NCBI GenBank assembly: GCA_963422735.1
Contig: OY730476.1
Location: 1,920,001-1,984,000 of the forward strand
Origin: Candidatus Latescibacterota bacterium
GTDB lineage: Bacteria; Latescibacterota; UBA2968; UBA8231
DNA: 64,000 nt
Reading direction: 5' to 3'
The position numbers and the translations under genes are program-made. Shown piece after piece: positions 27,400 to 38,800 of this stretch. Under the pieces are notes generated by a model, which saw nothing but the letters and a program-made list of their open reading frames with translations, had not been told where the DNA came from and searched no databases. Every line of letters starts with the position of its first letter. The stretch's first letter is position 1.

Positions 27400-28230
27400 C
27401 TAGCAGAAAGCCCGGTACGCTTCCACCAGCTTGGTCGCCCCCTCCAATATCAGGTTGCGCTCATCTTCGGCCTCGAAGAACAAGGCCCCCTGTTCCACCC
27501 AGCACCGGGCCGCCTCTGGCCCCGAAGCCGTGGTGCCGAACGGGATTCCGTACTTTTTGCACAATTGTAAGACCTCTTTCATCGGGCCGCGCACATCCGG
27601 GTGATCCGGCTTTCCAGGCTGCCCCATTTCCACGGAAAAATCGCCCGGTCCGACATAGACCATGTCCACCCCCGGCGTCGAGACGATTTCCTCGGCCCGC
27701 TCGTAAGCCTGGCGCGTCTCTATATGCACCACGAGGGATATTTCCTCGTCCTGTTCCGCCATCCACGCCCGGTGGTCCGCGACTTTGCAATAGTCGCTGT
27801 TGCCGTACCCCGGCGCTGCAGCTCGGGTGCCCAAAGGGGGGAACTTGAGATAGCTGCGCAAGGTTTCGATGTCCTCTCTCGATTCCGTGCGCGGAAGCTG
27901 TAGGCCCACCACACCACACTCTAACAGCTTGGCCACTGCGGCCCGTTCTAGCTGCGGGGTTTTGGCAATGACCGGTAGGCCATTGTCGCGTGCAGCTTGC
28001 ACGGTATCGGCTAGGGCGGCTAAGTCAAAATAGCCGTGCTCAAACTCGATGTAGATAAAATCGCAGCCGGCCTGCTGAAAACACTTGACCAGCGACGGCC
28101 GCATATACTCGACAATCATGCCACCCACCAATACCTCCCCGCCTCGCAAACGGGCCTTGAGCTGGCGTCCAGGACCTCCTTCGGGATAGAGGTACGTATT
28201 GAGCGGTTTGTCGGCGGCAGACTTGGGCAT
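27400..28230 (-). CDS. HpcH/HpaI aldolase family protein
   Basis: 'DFIYIEFEHG', 'FPPLGTR', 'VVHIET', 'PGVDMVYVGPGDFSVEMG'. Confidence 0.9.
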   Translation of the reverse strand: MPKSAADKPLNTYLYPEGGPGRQLKARLRGGEVLVGGMIVEYMRPSLVKCFQQAGCDFIYIEFEHGYFDLAALADTVQAARDNGLPVIAKTPQLERAAVAKLLECGVVGLQLPRTESREDIETLRSYLKFPPLGTRAAAPGYGNSDYCKVADHRAWMAEQDEEISLVVHIETRQAYERAEEIVSTPGVDMVYVGPGDFSVEMGQPGKPDHPDVRGPMKEVLQLCKKYGIPFGTTASGPEAARCWVEQGALFFEAEDERNLILEGATKLVEAYRAFC

Positions 28231-28299
28231 AGTCTATTTTCCTCTCTCCGCATCCACTTATGGACGCGGGATTAATAAAACATCGCGGCTAAGGCATCT

Positions 28300-29115
28300 T
28301 CAAACCGAGCGGTTATCCAGCGCATAGGCGCGGTTATCGCCGCCTATTTGCCAAGTGCCACGGAACAATGAGCGGCGCTTGGGCGGCATGGCCTCGATGA
28401 TCTCGTGGCTGAGGTTGAGCCGGTGCCATTGGGCCCATAGGGAATTGTAGCAATTGAATACGGCACAGCGCGGATTGTCCGAGTTGCGCCAATCGTTGGC
28501 TGCGTGTAGCAGGCTTTCGGTGAAGACAATCGCCGAGCCAGGCGGGCAATTATATTGGGCCATGGCCGCCCGCATGCGTTCCTCCCAAGGCGATTCGCCT
28601 ATATTGGGCCGGTTGGGATCGGGGCCGCCGTAGTTGAAATGGGCCTTGTGCGAGCCGGAAAGAAACGTGGTGCCCCCCTGGCCAGCTTTCACTTCTTCAA
28701 GCTCCCACACTACGCGCGTCAGCCCGGAAAATATCTTGTTCCCCGCCACTTGGTAGCGCATGGCGTTGGCCTGTTGCGGGGGCCGCACCACATGCGGCAG
28801 GCCGGTGCCATTGTCGGTGCTTTTCCAGCCGACCTGCCGCACTGTGGTAAAGGAATTTTCGCAGCGGAAGCTATAGTACCCGTCCCCGATGTACGGCTCT
28901 TCAGCGAGGATCTCGGTGAGGATGCCGACCACCGCCGGATGGTCCAAAAGTTCCTGCAAGGCACCTTGGTAGCCCTGGCGGGCGCCGCCGTACACTTCGG
29001 CCTTCATCGCTGCGATTTTCGCCTCAGACAGCACCGAGGGCAACAGAATCCAGCCTTGGAGGTCGAAAAAAAACTTCTGCTCTTCGGTCATGGGCACTGC
29101 ACTGTGCTCACTCAT
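28300..29115 (-). CDS. Phytanoyl-CoA dioxygenase (PhyH)-family protein
   Basis: 'MTEEQKFFFDLQGWILLPSVLS', 'GGTTFLSGSHK', 'PPGSAIVFTESLLHA'. Confidence 0.8.
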   Translation of the reverse strand: MSEHSAVPMTEEQKFFFDLQGWILLPSVLSEAKIAAMKAEVYGGARQGYQGALQELLDHPAVVGILTEILAEEPYIGDGYYSFRCENSFTTVRQVGWKSTDNGTGLPHVVRPPQQANAMRYQVAGNKIFSGLTRVVWELEEVKAGQGGTTFLSGSHKAHFNYGGPDPNRPNIGESPWEERMRAAMAQYNCPPGSAIVFTESLLHAANDWRNSDNPRCAVFNCYNSLWAQWHRLNLSHEIIEAMPPKRRSLFRGTWQIGGDNRAYALDNRSV

Positions 29116-29227
29116 GGCGTTCTCCTTGTCAATTCTTTAAACCTGCTTAGTCCGCGCAATCGGCTCGGGGGAGATGCTCTGTTCCCGGGCCCATTCGACC
29201 AAGCCGTGGCTCGACTGCTTGCCAATA

Positions 29228-29640
29228 TCATCGATTTGGCCCCGGTTGGACGAGATTCATATTATCCCGTAGCCCTCCCATCCAGCGATAGCTGTAGCCC
29301 ATTATGACCACCTTCGATGTGCGCTGGCTTAAATTGGGTGCTGTCGCGTGGAAGACGCGGTTCTCAAATAAAAAGGCGTCGCCAGCGCTGAGACACAAAT
29401 CCACCGGCTTGTCGCAATCCAAGCACAAGCCGAGGAGATGCCCGTCCTCGCGGCAGCGACGGCCGTCTTTGTAGGTAATTTGATGCCAGACCGTCTCGCC
29501 ATCCGCGGCGTAAAAAGCCCAAGTGCCCGTCTTGCGCCCGTCTGTGCTCTTGCCGCGATATTCGTTGAATTGTCCGGTCTGTTTCCGTTTGCCGTTTTTG
29601 CGCTCGACGTCTTCGAGGTGACTGGCCATGATCTTCTCCG
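29228..29640 (-). pseudogene. Chimeric remnant: MORN/YwqK-like fragment joined to a PhyH C-terminal fragment
   Basis: 'GRKTGTWAFYAADG...TYKDG' followed by 'VDLCLSAGDAFLFENRVFHATAPNLSQRTSKVVIMGYSYRW'. Confidence 0.5.
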
Positions 29641-29742
29641 TACTAAACGCCGCCGTCTTTCTGTTTAAAAACCGCGTACTAGGTGGTAATCTACATAGCC
29701 AACCTTTAGGATCAAAAACCTCCATCGCCGGCGTCGGATTCT

Positions 29743-30345
29743 TCAAGTAACGGCGCATTCATAAGGCCCCAAGTCCGGGTCGGTGTTGTGAACGCCGCGA
29801 TAAGTGCTCTTGCCCCGCAGGTAATGCACCTCCAGTTCCACGTCCCGCACATAGATGAGCGGCGTAGCCTCTGGCTCGCGCTCGTGCAGAGTGCCCTCCG
29901 CGACGTTGGTTCCCCGCGAGCCTCGTCCAGCCGGAAGACAAACCAGTAGCTCGAATGCGAGCGGTAGCGCGGCGCGGTCATCTGATAGATGTGGTCGATT
30001 TTGCGCGTGAGATGCGCTGGCAACTCGTCGCCGTTCAGCTTGAAGCTGAGGCGATCTCGGTCGGTGGCGCACATCAGCCGTATCCGCAAGATAACCGCGT
30101 GAACTCGACCCGCTGCGCCCCAGAGCGGCAGATCTAAGGCTACGGGCTGGTCTAGCGACAGCGAGGCCGGTAGCTGCCCGGCTCGGTCTCTGGCTGTGCG
30201 GCTGAACGATCCGTGGGCGTAGGGATCGCGTAGATTTTGTCTTTGACCGCCATCACGTCCGGGTGCGGCAGTTCGCGGAGCTGTTCGTAGAAGGACGGGC
30301 CGTACGGCCAACTGCCGGCCCAATGTATCAAGTTCAACCCATCGG
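29743..30345 (-). pseudogene. Frameshifted C-terminal fragment of an unknown protein
   Basis: Protein-like sequence runs through three frames: ...WPYGPSFYEQLRELPHPDVMAVKDKIY / QLPASL...RLSFKLNG...SYWFVFRLD / GTNVAEGTL...RDVELEVHYLRGK. Confidence 0.5.
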
Positions 30346-30887
30346 CGCTGCACTGACGCGGCTGGCTTGTGGGCAGCGCTCGCTCAGACACAAGGCGACG
30401 AATGGGTCCACCTCGCAGAGGCCCCTCTGTGGCAGGGCGCGGCGTCGCGAATGCGGGGTGAGCAAGACGCGGCTGCCGAGTTAGCTGAATTGATCGCTGA
30501 TCTTCGCGCTCAACGCAGAACAGCGCACAGCGCAGACGCGGGTGCAACCGCGCTGGTAGATAGGTGCGCGACCTGCTCCTCGCGCTCTGCGACGGAGCCT
30601 TTGAGCTGACGCTAGCGTTTGGCGAAGTGGCGGTGAGACACTGTGCGGATAGCGGATCGATCCGTCTTAGAAGATCGGAAGAGACACACCAGGCAATTGA
30701 ACCACGATCAATTCTTAAAGGAAGGGTTTCTCGTCCGAGCACTTGGCATTGCTACGCGCCGCGAGCGAGAAAATGGTTGAGCGCCGCCGAGTGAACTGTC
30801 CTCTACGTCTTCAACGAAATGCCAAGCGACCTCGATCTCAGCACCTTCATTGGCGGTTGGGTCAAGGGGCATAGTGAGGCAAGCCGC

Positions 30888-31784
30888 TCAGAGGGGATTT
30901 ATCAGCCCGATGGCATCCAAGACGGCACCGATCTTCTCCACCTCTTCGTCTGTGGCTGTGACCATGGGTGGGCGCAACCAGCGCGAGGCAATGCCGTTGA
31001 GTTCGAGCGCGGTGCGCCACACAGCCTGGCCGCCGCCTAGCACATCTGTGGCCACTCCCCAGAAGGGCTCTTCGATTTGGGTGATGATGGTCCGGGCCGT
31101 TTTGGCGTCGCCGTCTCGGAAAGCCCGCCAGTAGCTTTGTGCTACGTGGGGGGCAAACGAAGATGGATAGCAAAAAAAGGCGCGGACGCCGCAAGGCCAT
31201 TGTGCAAAATTGCGCCATAGCCCGCCGCCGGTCATGAACTTCCACCGATCACCATAGCGGTGCATGGTCGCCTTCGCGTATTCGAGTGTGCCGTCTTCTT
31301 TGAAGGCGCAGATGTTGGGCGCGTCAAGTAGCTCGTCGAGGATTTCATAGGAAGGACACCCCACCAACATCAGGGGCATGGCTTGGGCCACTTTGCGGTA
31401 TTGGATGACCTTGCCCTGCGGCTGGGCTTGTTCCGGCGGCAGCACCATCAGCACGTCGGCCCCCCAGCTACGGCAATACTCGGCGAATTGGACCGCCCGG
31501 TCGTCTGGCCAGCGCCGAGTAGCCGCTACAGCCAACGCCCGTCCGGCGACCCGGTCAACCAAAAAGCGGGTAAGCTGGGCGACCTCTTCATCGCTGAGGA
31601 ACTCGAACTGGCTGTCCCCATAGGTCAGCAAGCTGACCCTACTGCCGCTGGCGATGCCGATGTCGATTATGTGGCCGATGCCCTCCCAGTCTAGCTGGCC
31701 GTTGGGCAGAAAGGTGGTGGGAATGGAATTGACCGGACCCTCGAGTAAGTTCTTAATCTCGTCCGGCGTCTTAGCTGATGGCAT
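30888..31784 (-). CDS. Dihydrodipicolinate synthase-like (DapA/NAL family) protein
   Basis: 'IPTTF', 'YGDSQFEFLSDEE', 'GADVLMVLPP', Schiff-base Lys in 'PNICAFKEDG'. Confidence 0.75.
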   Translation of the reverse strand: MPSAKTPDEIKNLLEGPVNSIPTTFLPNGQLDWEGIGHIIDIGIASGSRVSLLTYGDSQFEFLSDEEVAQLTRFLVDRVAGRALAVAATRRWPDDRAVQFAEYCRSWGADVLMVLPPEQAQPQGKVIQYRKVAQAMPLMLVGCPSYEILDELLDAPNICAFKEDGTLEYAKATMHRYGDRWKFMTGGGLWRNFAQWPCGVRAFFCYPSSFAPHVAQSYWRAFRDGDAKTARTIITQIEEPFWGVATDVLGGGQAVWRTALELNGIASRWLRPPMVTATDEEVEKIGAVLDAIGLINPL

Positions 31785-31943
31785 GGAGCGATCCTTTCGC
31801 GAATAAAGGTAGAGGAAAACCCCAGTATCCTCCAGCCTAATGCCTCCCAAGCAAACATTGCTCAAAGCACCGCGAGATGCCAGATTATGCACTGGCCTTG
31901 TGCCACTCTCGCAATACCACCCAACCGCCGCTGTTAGCTAAAC

Positions 31944-33233
31944 ATGAATGCCGATTCGCTTAAGATACAACCCCTACAAAAGCCACTCGACGCCGTGGTC
32001 GCCGTACCCGGCTCCAAAAGCTACACCAACCGAACGCTGCTAGTTGCGGCACTAGCCAACGGGGAATCGCACCTTACGGATGCACTCTTTAGCGAAGATA
32101 CCGACTACATGGTCCAAGCGTTGCGCAAACTCGGCATCTCTATAGAGGCCGATCCAAAGGCGGCCAGCTTCGTGGTCGCAGGCAACGGTGGACGGATTCC
32201 CGTCGATGGTGCCGAACTGTACATTGGCAATTCGGGCACTACTTCGCGGTCGATCACAAGCTATGTCGCGCTCGGCAATGGGACCTTCATTATCGATGGC
32301 GACGCGCCCATGCGCCAGAGCCGACCGATTGCCGACCTACTTGACGCGCTCGGCCAGCTCGGGATTGATGCACGCTCGCGCTTTGCCAACGGATGCCTTC
32401 CCGTAGAGGTGCGAGCCAAGGGGTTCAGAGGCGGAAAAACCCAGCTCGACGCCAGCAAAAGTAGCCAGTTTCTGACTTCGCTGCTGCTTGTCGCCCCCTA
32501 TGCCGACAACGGCTTAGAGATCGAGATGGTCGGCGAGTTTAAGACCGAATATATCGACATCACTATGGCGGTAATGCAGTCATTTGGGATCGAGGTAGAA
32601 CGCGACGATTACCGGCGTTTTCGCGTCGCCGGCGGTCAATGCTATGAGCCCCGCGCTTACGCCATTGAGCCGGACGCTTCCAATGCCTCGTACTTCTTTG
32701 CTGCCGCTGCGTTCAACGGCGGCCGGGTACGCGTAGCCAACATTGCTGCCGACTCAGCCCAAGGCGATATCCACTTCGTCGATGTACTCGAGAAAATGGG
32801 ATGCACGGTCAACCGCTACGCCCACGGAGTCGAGGTGATCGGGCCGGACCAACTCAGGGGAATAGACGTCGATATGAAGGCCATATCGGATACCTCGCTG
32901 ACGCTAGCCGCGATCGCGCCCTTTGCCAAGGATCCAGTGCGCATCCGCAACATCGAGCACACGCGCTGGCAGGAGACCGACCGGATTGCCGCCATGGTCG
33001 CCCAACTGCGGCGGCTTGGTGTGGAAGTAGAAGAACACAGAGATGGCGTTACTATTGCGCCGTCTAAGCCCAAAAGCAGCAGCATCGATACCTATAAGGA
33101 TCACCGGGTGGCTATGAGTTTTGCCCTAGTCGGATTGCGAGTGCCCGGAATCCGCATCAACGACCCAGGATGCGTCGGCAAAACCTTTCCGACGTACTTC
33201 GATGTCTGGGATCAGATAAAAGGATTGACGTAA
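31944..33233 (+). CDS. aroA: 3-phosphoshikimate 1-carboxyvinyltransferase (EPSP synthase)
   Basis: 'VPGSKSYTNR', 'GNSGTT', 'SSQFLTSLL', 'RWQETDRI', 'TYKDHRVAMSF', 'CVGKTFPTYF'. Confidence 0.97.
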   Translation: MNADSLKIQPLQKPLDAVVAVPGSKSYTNRTLLVAALANGESHLTDALFSEDTDYMVQALRKLGISIEADPKAASFVVAGNGGRIPVDGAELYIGNSGTTSRSITSYVALGNGTFIIDGDAPMRQSRPIADLLDALGQLGIDARSRFANGCLPVEVRAKGFRGGKTQLDASKSSQFLTSLLLVAPYADNGLEIEMVGEFKTEYIDITMAVMQSFGIEVERDDYRRFRVAGGQCYEPRAYAIEPDASNASYFFAAAAFNGGRVRVANIAADSAQGDIHFVDVLEKMGCTVNRYAHGVEVIGPDQLRGIDVDMKAISDTSLTLAAIAPFAKDPVRIRNIEHTRWQETDRIAAMVAQLRRLGVEVEEHRDGVTIAPSKPKSSSIDTYKDHRVAMSFALVGLRVPGIRINDPGCVGKTFPTYFDVWDQIKGLT

Positions 33234-33273
33234 GAAGAAGGCCGGCGCTGGTGAAAGAAAGGTCAAAACACAA

Positions 33274-33306
33274 GTGCCCTACCGGTCCGGTTCGCCGGTA
33301 GGGCAC
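33274..33306. terminator. Hairpin between convergent aroA and DUF4159 genes
   Basis: GTGCCCTACCGG / CCGGTAGGGCAC 12-bp inverted repeat. Confidence 0.65.
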
Positions 33307-33333
33307 CTAAGCCTCTTGCCGCTTGAAGGGTAC

Positions 33334-34695
33334 TTATTGAGTAAATTGGGTCACATTGGCGATGCCACCCGGCTGGGTCAACGCATAGACAATTAGGTTC
33401 ACTCCGAACTGCAACCCGCGCTCTCGTGCATCGGCCAACGGATCTCCCCAGTACCAACTAACATTTAGGTCGCTAAAAACCACCGCAACCCGACCGCGCA
33501 GTTCCAACATCTCCAAGTCGAAAACATTGCCAGCGGGTGCGCCGCCCATAGGCGGACCATCGGGGAAATCCCAGAAGCTGTAGTAGAGCTCGTGGCTCTT
33601 GGGCACTTTCTGCCACTTAGAGCCGTCGCTACCTAGCACCAGCGGATCTTTCATCAGAGCCTTGAACTGGCGATCAAACGGAGTACCCGAAACCCCGGCC
33701 TCCTTGCCTTCAAGCCCGTTCTCAGCATCGCTTTGGCGAATTTCCTCAGCATAAAGGAAACCACCGTTCTTGAGATATTCGCCTAGGTTGGTTTTCTCTG
33801 TATCGCTGATCTGTAAGACGGCATCGTTGCCCGTCACATAAATCATGGGGGCGTTCATGATGCGCGGATCCGAAAATTCCAAGGTCGTGCCCTCAATTCG
33901 GGCATTGATTTGGGTATGGTCGCGCATATAGCGCATCAACTCCTCTACCGCTGTTGGGAACCGATCTCTGTTCTTGTCTGCGATATCGTAGTCAATGACC
34001 GTCATGTTAAAGAAGCCGCGGATATTGCGTTTATTTTCTGGATCCTGAATCAAGATCGCTTGGTAGCGGCCGATGTCCAGGTCGCCGACGTTGAGCAATT
34101 CATGCCTCAGGCTCAGTGCCTCTTGCACCGGGGCCGACGTTTCGCCCAGTTCGATCATCGCGACCTCGTCGAAGGCCAGCTCTTCGGCTTTGGCACCTGA
34201 AAAGGCACCCAAAACCTGCGTACCAGGCAAGACCGAACTCAGGAGGTCGCTACCTACCGCGCTAACATCGGCTATAGCCGATATATCCTGTGGCAAGTCC
34301 GGTGGTGCCATCGACTGGAGCTTCTCCATCTGAACTTCGGATATCTCGGGACGCTTGGCTAGATCGAAGTTCTTTTCGAGAATTGGCGGAGGAGCGCGGA
34401 AAATGATTAGCTCCTCCTTTCTCTCTGCTTCGCCAATGCCAAAGAGATAATCATAAACGAAGACGCCAGCGTGAATGGCTACCGAGAGCACAAAGGCCAC
34501 GCTCATGCTCATCCGACGACCGGTGGTAGCCGTATATAGGGCGTATAGCAGCACCCCGGCACCCGCCAAACTAGCGGCGATCACTACCCACTTGGACAGG
34601 ATAAAAAGTACGTGAATGAGCAAGGCCGCGCCGACCGCTATATAGGCCGTTTTTTGGCGCTGAGCCTTTACTGCTTTCTTATACTCGTCTACCAC
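33334..34695 (-). CDS. Membrane-anchored DUF4159-domain protein with a TonB-like SxxxH TM helix
   Basis: N-terminal TM helices including 'FVLSVAIHAGV'. C-terminal 'PMIYVTG...EKTNLGEYLKNGGFLYAE...GRVAVVFS...FGVNLIVYALT'. Confidence 0.7.
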   Translation of the reverse strand: MVDEYKKAVKAQRQKTAYIAVGAALLIHVLFILSKWVVIAASLAGAGVLLYALYTATTGRRMSMSVAFVLSVAIHAGVFVYDYLFGIGEAERKEELIIFRAPPPILEKNFDLAKRPEISEVQMEKLQSMAPPDLPQDISAIADVSAVGSDLLSSVLPGTQVLGAFSGAKAEELAFDEVAMIELGETSAPVQEALSLRHELLNVGDLDIGRYQAILIQDPENKRNIRGFFNMTVIDYDIADKNRDRFPTAVEELMRYMRDHTQINARIEGTTLEFSDPRIMNAPMIYVTGNDAVLQISDTEKTNLGEYLKNGGFLYAEEIRQSDAENGLEGKEAGVSGTPFDRQFKALMKDPLVLGSDGSKWQKVPKSHELYYSFWDFPDGPPMGGAPAGNVFDLEMLELRGRVAVVFSDLNVSWYWGDPLADARERGLQFGVNLIVYALTQPGGIANVTQFTQ

Positions 34696-34732
34696 AGTTC
34701 TTCCCCCTCTTGGAAGAGCCTAGAAACCTCAT

Positions 34733-35140
34733 TCAGTTGCGCTGTGGTTCCGTGGCGATGACCTGATCGACGACGCCCACTTGGCGAGCAATATCCATGA
34801 TCTGGACGATTTGCCCGTGCGTGGAGCGCTCGTCTCCCTGGATGATAATCATCGTGGTGTTGTCCAGCAGTTGTCTCTTCGCCTGCAATTCCTCTTTGAG
34901 GGTTGCAAAGGTCACCGACTTGTGGTTCAGCTTCATGTTGCCGTCCTGATCCACGACGATAAAAAGGTTCTCCTTCTCCGGAGCCTGAGCCTCTTCGGCC
35001 TCGGGCAATTTGATATCCAAACCCGGAGTAATGGCGAACACAGCGGTCACCATGAAGAAGATGAGTAGCTGAAAGACCACGTCAATCATCGGCGTTAGAT
35101 CGGGCATGGTCAGTTCTTTTTTTTCTACTCTCTCAGCCAT
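34733..35140 (-). CDS. exbD: Biopolymer transport ExbD/TolR family protein
   Basis: 'DLTPMIDVVFQLLIFFMVT', 'IIIQGD...HGQIVQIMD'. Confidence 0.9.
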   Translation of the reverse strand: MAERVEKKELTMPDLTPMIDVVFQLLIFFMVTAVFAITPGLDIKLPEAEEAQAPEKENLFIVVDQDGNMKLNHKSVTFATLKEELQAKRQLLDNTTMIIIQGDERSTHGQIVQIMDIARQVGVVDQVIATEPQRN

Positions 35141-35170
35141 CTATCTCATGCCTCCCTAAGAAGGCCGCCC

Positions 35171-35824
35171 TTAGGCAGCCTGCGTGCCTTGCCAGCGGCG
35201 CAGTAGAGCGTCCACAAAGCCGTGGCCGTATGCTTCAAACTCCACTGCCTTGCCCGTGGCGCGGTTGCTAAAGTACGTGAAGATGGCAATTGAAGGCACA
35301 GCGATCACCAGACCGGTAACTGTGGTGATCAGCGCTTCGGAAATACCTGCGGCGACGATCGTCGGCTCACCGAGACCTTTTTCCGCAATGCCTTCAAAGG
35401 CGTTGATCATACCGTTGACCGTGCCCAGCAGACCGAGCAACACCACGGACTTGGACACGAAGTCGATAACGGCCAGATACCGTTCCAGATACCCTAAGGC
35501 GGCGCGTTCAATTGTGCCATTCATTTCCTCGCGCATCTCCTCCATCGTGCGTTGCTCTCGCGACAAGTGCTCAAAGCGTTCGATCCCCCCGCCGTACACC
35601 TCGCCTTCGAGCTTGCCGACCTCAGCGCAGTACTCCTTGAGCTGGTCGATGGAAGCCCCCGAGTCTATACGTGCGTTGACGTCGTTGGTGATTTCGGCCA
35701 ATTCATCCTCGGAGCGCAGCCGTGCATAAGTCCAGATGCGCTCGAGAAAGAACGCAATGGAAAGCATAGACCAGAGCCCTAAAGGATACATGAAAGGTCC
35801 GCCTTCTCGAAAAAGTTCAATCAT
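35171..35824 (-). CDS. exbB: MotA/TolQ/ExbB proton channel protein
   Basis: 'EGGPFMYPL', 'LLGLLGTVNGMINAF', 'GISEALITTVTGLVIAVP'. Confidence 0.88.
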   Translation of the reverse strand: MIELFREGGPFMYPLGLWSMLSIAFFLERIWTYARLRSEDELAEITNDVNARIDSGASIDQLKEYCAEVGKLEGEVYGGGIERFEHLSREQRTMEEMREEMNGTIERAALGYLERYLAVIDFVSKSVVLLGLLGTVNGMINAFEGIAEKGLGEPTIVAAGISEALITTVTGLVIAVPSIAIFTYFSNRATGKAVEFEAYGHGFVDALLRRWQGTQAA

Positions 35825-35866
35825 TTTCTTTATCCCTCCTTAAGTTAGGACGCAAAGAAATCAAAG

Positions 35867-38800
35867 TTAGAGGACGCGAGCTTCCTGCATTACTTCTAGC
35901 TGCTCTCTGGCATAGTCCACCTGCGTCACGTACTTGGGGTTGTCGCCATAGTTGTCGACGACTTCTTGAAAGACGGCACCGGCTTGGCGAAATTCCTCTT
36001 GGGCCATATAGGCGGCACCGATGTTGACCAGTGAATTGACGGCCTGGTCGCTCTTGGGGTACTTCTGCTGTACTTCCTTGAAGATCGCCATTGCCTCGTC
36101 GTAATTCTTCTCAGCTAAGAGATTTTCGCCCGTTGCATAAAGATTATAGGCGTCTATCTCAGCCAAATGCCCGAGCAGGGTCCTTGCCTTTTTTGGCAGC
36201 GCTCGATCTTGGGCAATCAGCTTGTCAGAGGGAAAACGCTCCAAGAAAGTCTGGTAGCTCTCGGTAGCCTTCTCGTAATCCTTGAGGCCGTAGTAGTAGT
36301 CTCCGAGCGTAAATTGGCTGCGTGCCCCATAAGTACCATCGGGATATTCAGCGACGATCCGCTCGAAAACCGGCACCGCTTCTTCCTTGCGGTCGAGGTT
36401 GATCAGGCACCAAGCCTTGTTGTAGAGCGCATCATCCACATGGCTCGACTTAGGATAGCCCTTAATGATTCGGTCATAGAAGACCATGGCATCTAGGAAG
36501 TTCTGGTTTTTGTCCTCTATGCCACTCCTGTTGGTCATGTTAAACAGGGCATCGCCAGCGCGAAAAAGCGCCTCAGACGCATAGCGGGACTGCGAATACT
36601 TGTCTGCTAGGCTAGCAAAAACATCGCTGGCAGCGCGCCATTTACCCATCCGATAATGCGCCCAAGCATCGTAGTAATAGGCATGTACAGCACGCTCGTC
36701 TTCGGGATATTGGGTGTAATAGGCATTGAACGCCTTTGACATCGCTGGTAGCACTTCGATATTGCCGTTAGCCGATAGCCTGTTATAGGCTACGCCGATT
36801 TGGAACTGGGCATTTTTGGCCCAAGCAATCTGTGGGTAGTTTTCGATAATGGTGTTATAAGTGGCAATCGCTTGGACAAACTGCTCCGACCTGTAGAAGC
36901 AATTGCCTTGTACAAAGAGCGCGTTGGCAATGCTCTCGGCATTGATGGCCAAGTCAATTAGCTCCTGAGCCGCCTCAATACTCTGCTGAAACTTATCGAG
37001 TTTGAAGTAGGCATTGGCCAAGCGAACGAGTAAGCGCTCCCGGTCTTCGCTAGAGGTAGTAGTAGCCAACATCTCCTCATAGATGCGCACCGCTTCCTCT
37101 GGATTGCCCTTCTTTTCTGCCATTGAGATTTTCTGCAGCCGCGCCGAACGCACCAAGCTCTCGTCTCCTGAAGCAATGACCTCGTCCAGCAGCTTCTCCG
37201 CTTCGTCGTCATTGCCTTCCGCAGAGTACGAAAGTGCCATCGAGAAAGTGACCTTTAGCTGCATCGCCTTGGGGATCTTGGTATCCAATAGCCACTTGTA
37301 ATCGATCAGCGCACGGTCGTAACGGCCCGAATAGTGGTAGGCCAATGCACGGCCGTAGCGGGTGTCGCGAATGACATCGCTTTCTGGGTACTCTCCAAGC
37401 ACCATGGTGTAGCGATCAACTGCGTCGACATAGTTTTTATTGTTGAGGTCGAGTTGGGCCATCTGGAAATGGGCCCTAGCCTCCAAGTCGCGGTCGCCAG
37501 TCACACCTTCTAGCAATTGATTGAGCAGCACACGCCCCTCAGCGATGCGATCTTGGGAAATGTAGATATTGGCCGCCTCAATCAGCGCGGCGATGTACGT
37601 CTCTCGGGCATCGCGGCCAACCTTGGAAAAAGCAGTGATGGCCTCGTCTTTCCGACCTTCATCTCGGTAGAGAATACCAAGGCCATAGTAAGCATCAGCC
37701 GTATGCTGCGTATCCTGATAGTTCTCCGTTATGGCCTTGTAGGCTTCAATGGCCTCCTCAACCTTCTGCTGCTCGTAGTTGAGCCGGGCGATGCGCAATA
37801 AACACAACGGCGCTTGGTCTGAGCGGGGGAAGTTATCCACTGCCTGTGTGTAGCTTGCGATAGCCTGCTCCGCCACGCCGAGTTTTTCGGCAGACCAGCC
37901 TGCACTATAGAGTGCTGCGGAGCGCAAACCCGTATCGCTATCTGGGTAATCCACCAGCAGTTTTAGATAGTCTTCACGGGCAGCGGCGTAGTCTGCGGCG
38001 AAGTACTTGGCTTCGCCTTTCTGATACTGAGCGTTGGCTGGATAAGGAGTATCCCCGTAGAGTTCAATTACTTGGTTGTAAGCAGTCCACGCCTCGTCGA
38101 ACTTATCCCACTCCATGTAGTTGTCGCCAATTCTCATTTGCACCTTGGCCTTGTAAAAGCGCTCTTCGGCAGTTTCTTGGGCGGCAATCAACTCTTGGTA
38201 GGCTTGCTCGAACTGGTCTGTTTTGCGGAAGATCTCAGCGACGCGCAACGAGGAGGTCTCAAAGAGCTGCCGATAGTTTTCAAAGTCGACATTCTTACCT
38301 TCGCGAAACGAGCCACGCAAGAGTTCAAACATCCGATCGTAGAGGTTGCGCACATCGCGGTAGGCTTCAATCGCCTCCACATCGCGCCCCATCTTGTCGT
38401 AGGCGTTGGCCTTTAGGTAGAGGGCTTGGGCAATGACTGGACTATTGGGATACTTGTCGAGGACTATCTGGGTCATATCAACGGCTTTAGCGTACTCGCC
38501 CTTTTCATAGAGCGCACTGGCGATGCGGAACTGGGAATCCGGCGCATAGCGATCTTGCGGATAAGCCGCCAACATGCCGTTGAGCGTTTCTATGGACTGG
38601 TCATATTCTTTTGTGTTAAACTCGCTCCAGCCCGCGTAAAAATACGCCTTGCCGGCCTCTTTCGTCTTGGGAAACAACTCGACATAGCGCTTGTATTCCT
38701 TTGCTGCCTCGCCGTACTCTTTGGCGAGGAAGCGGGTCTCGGCGACTTGGAACTGCACCAATGACCTGAAAGCCTCGGCTACGCTCCCTAAGTCAATAAC

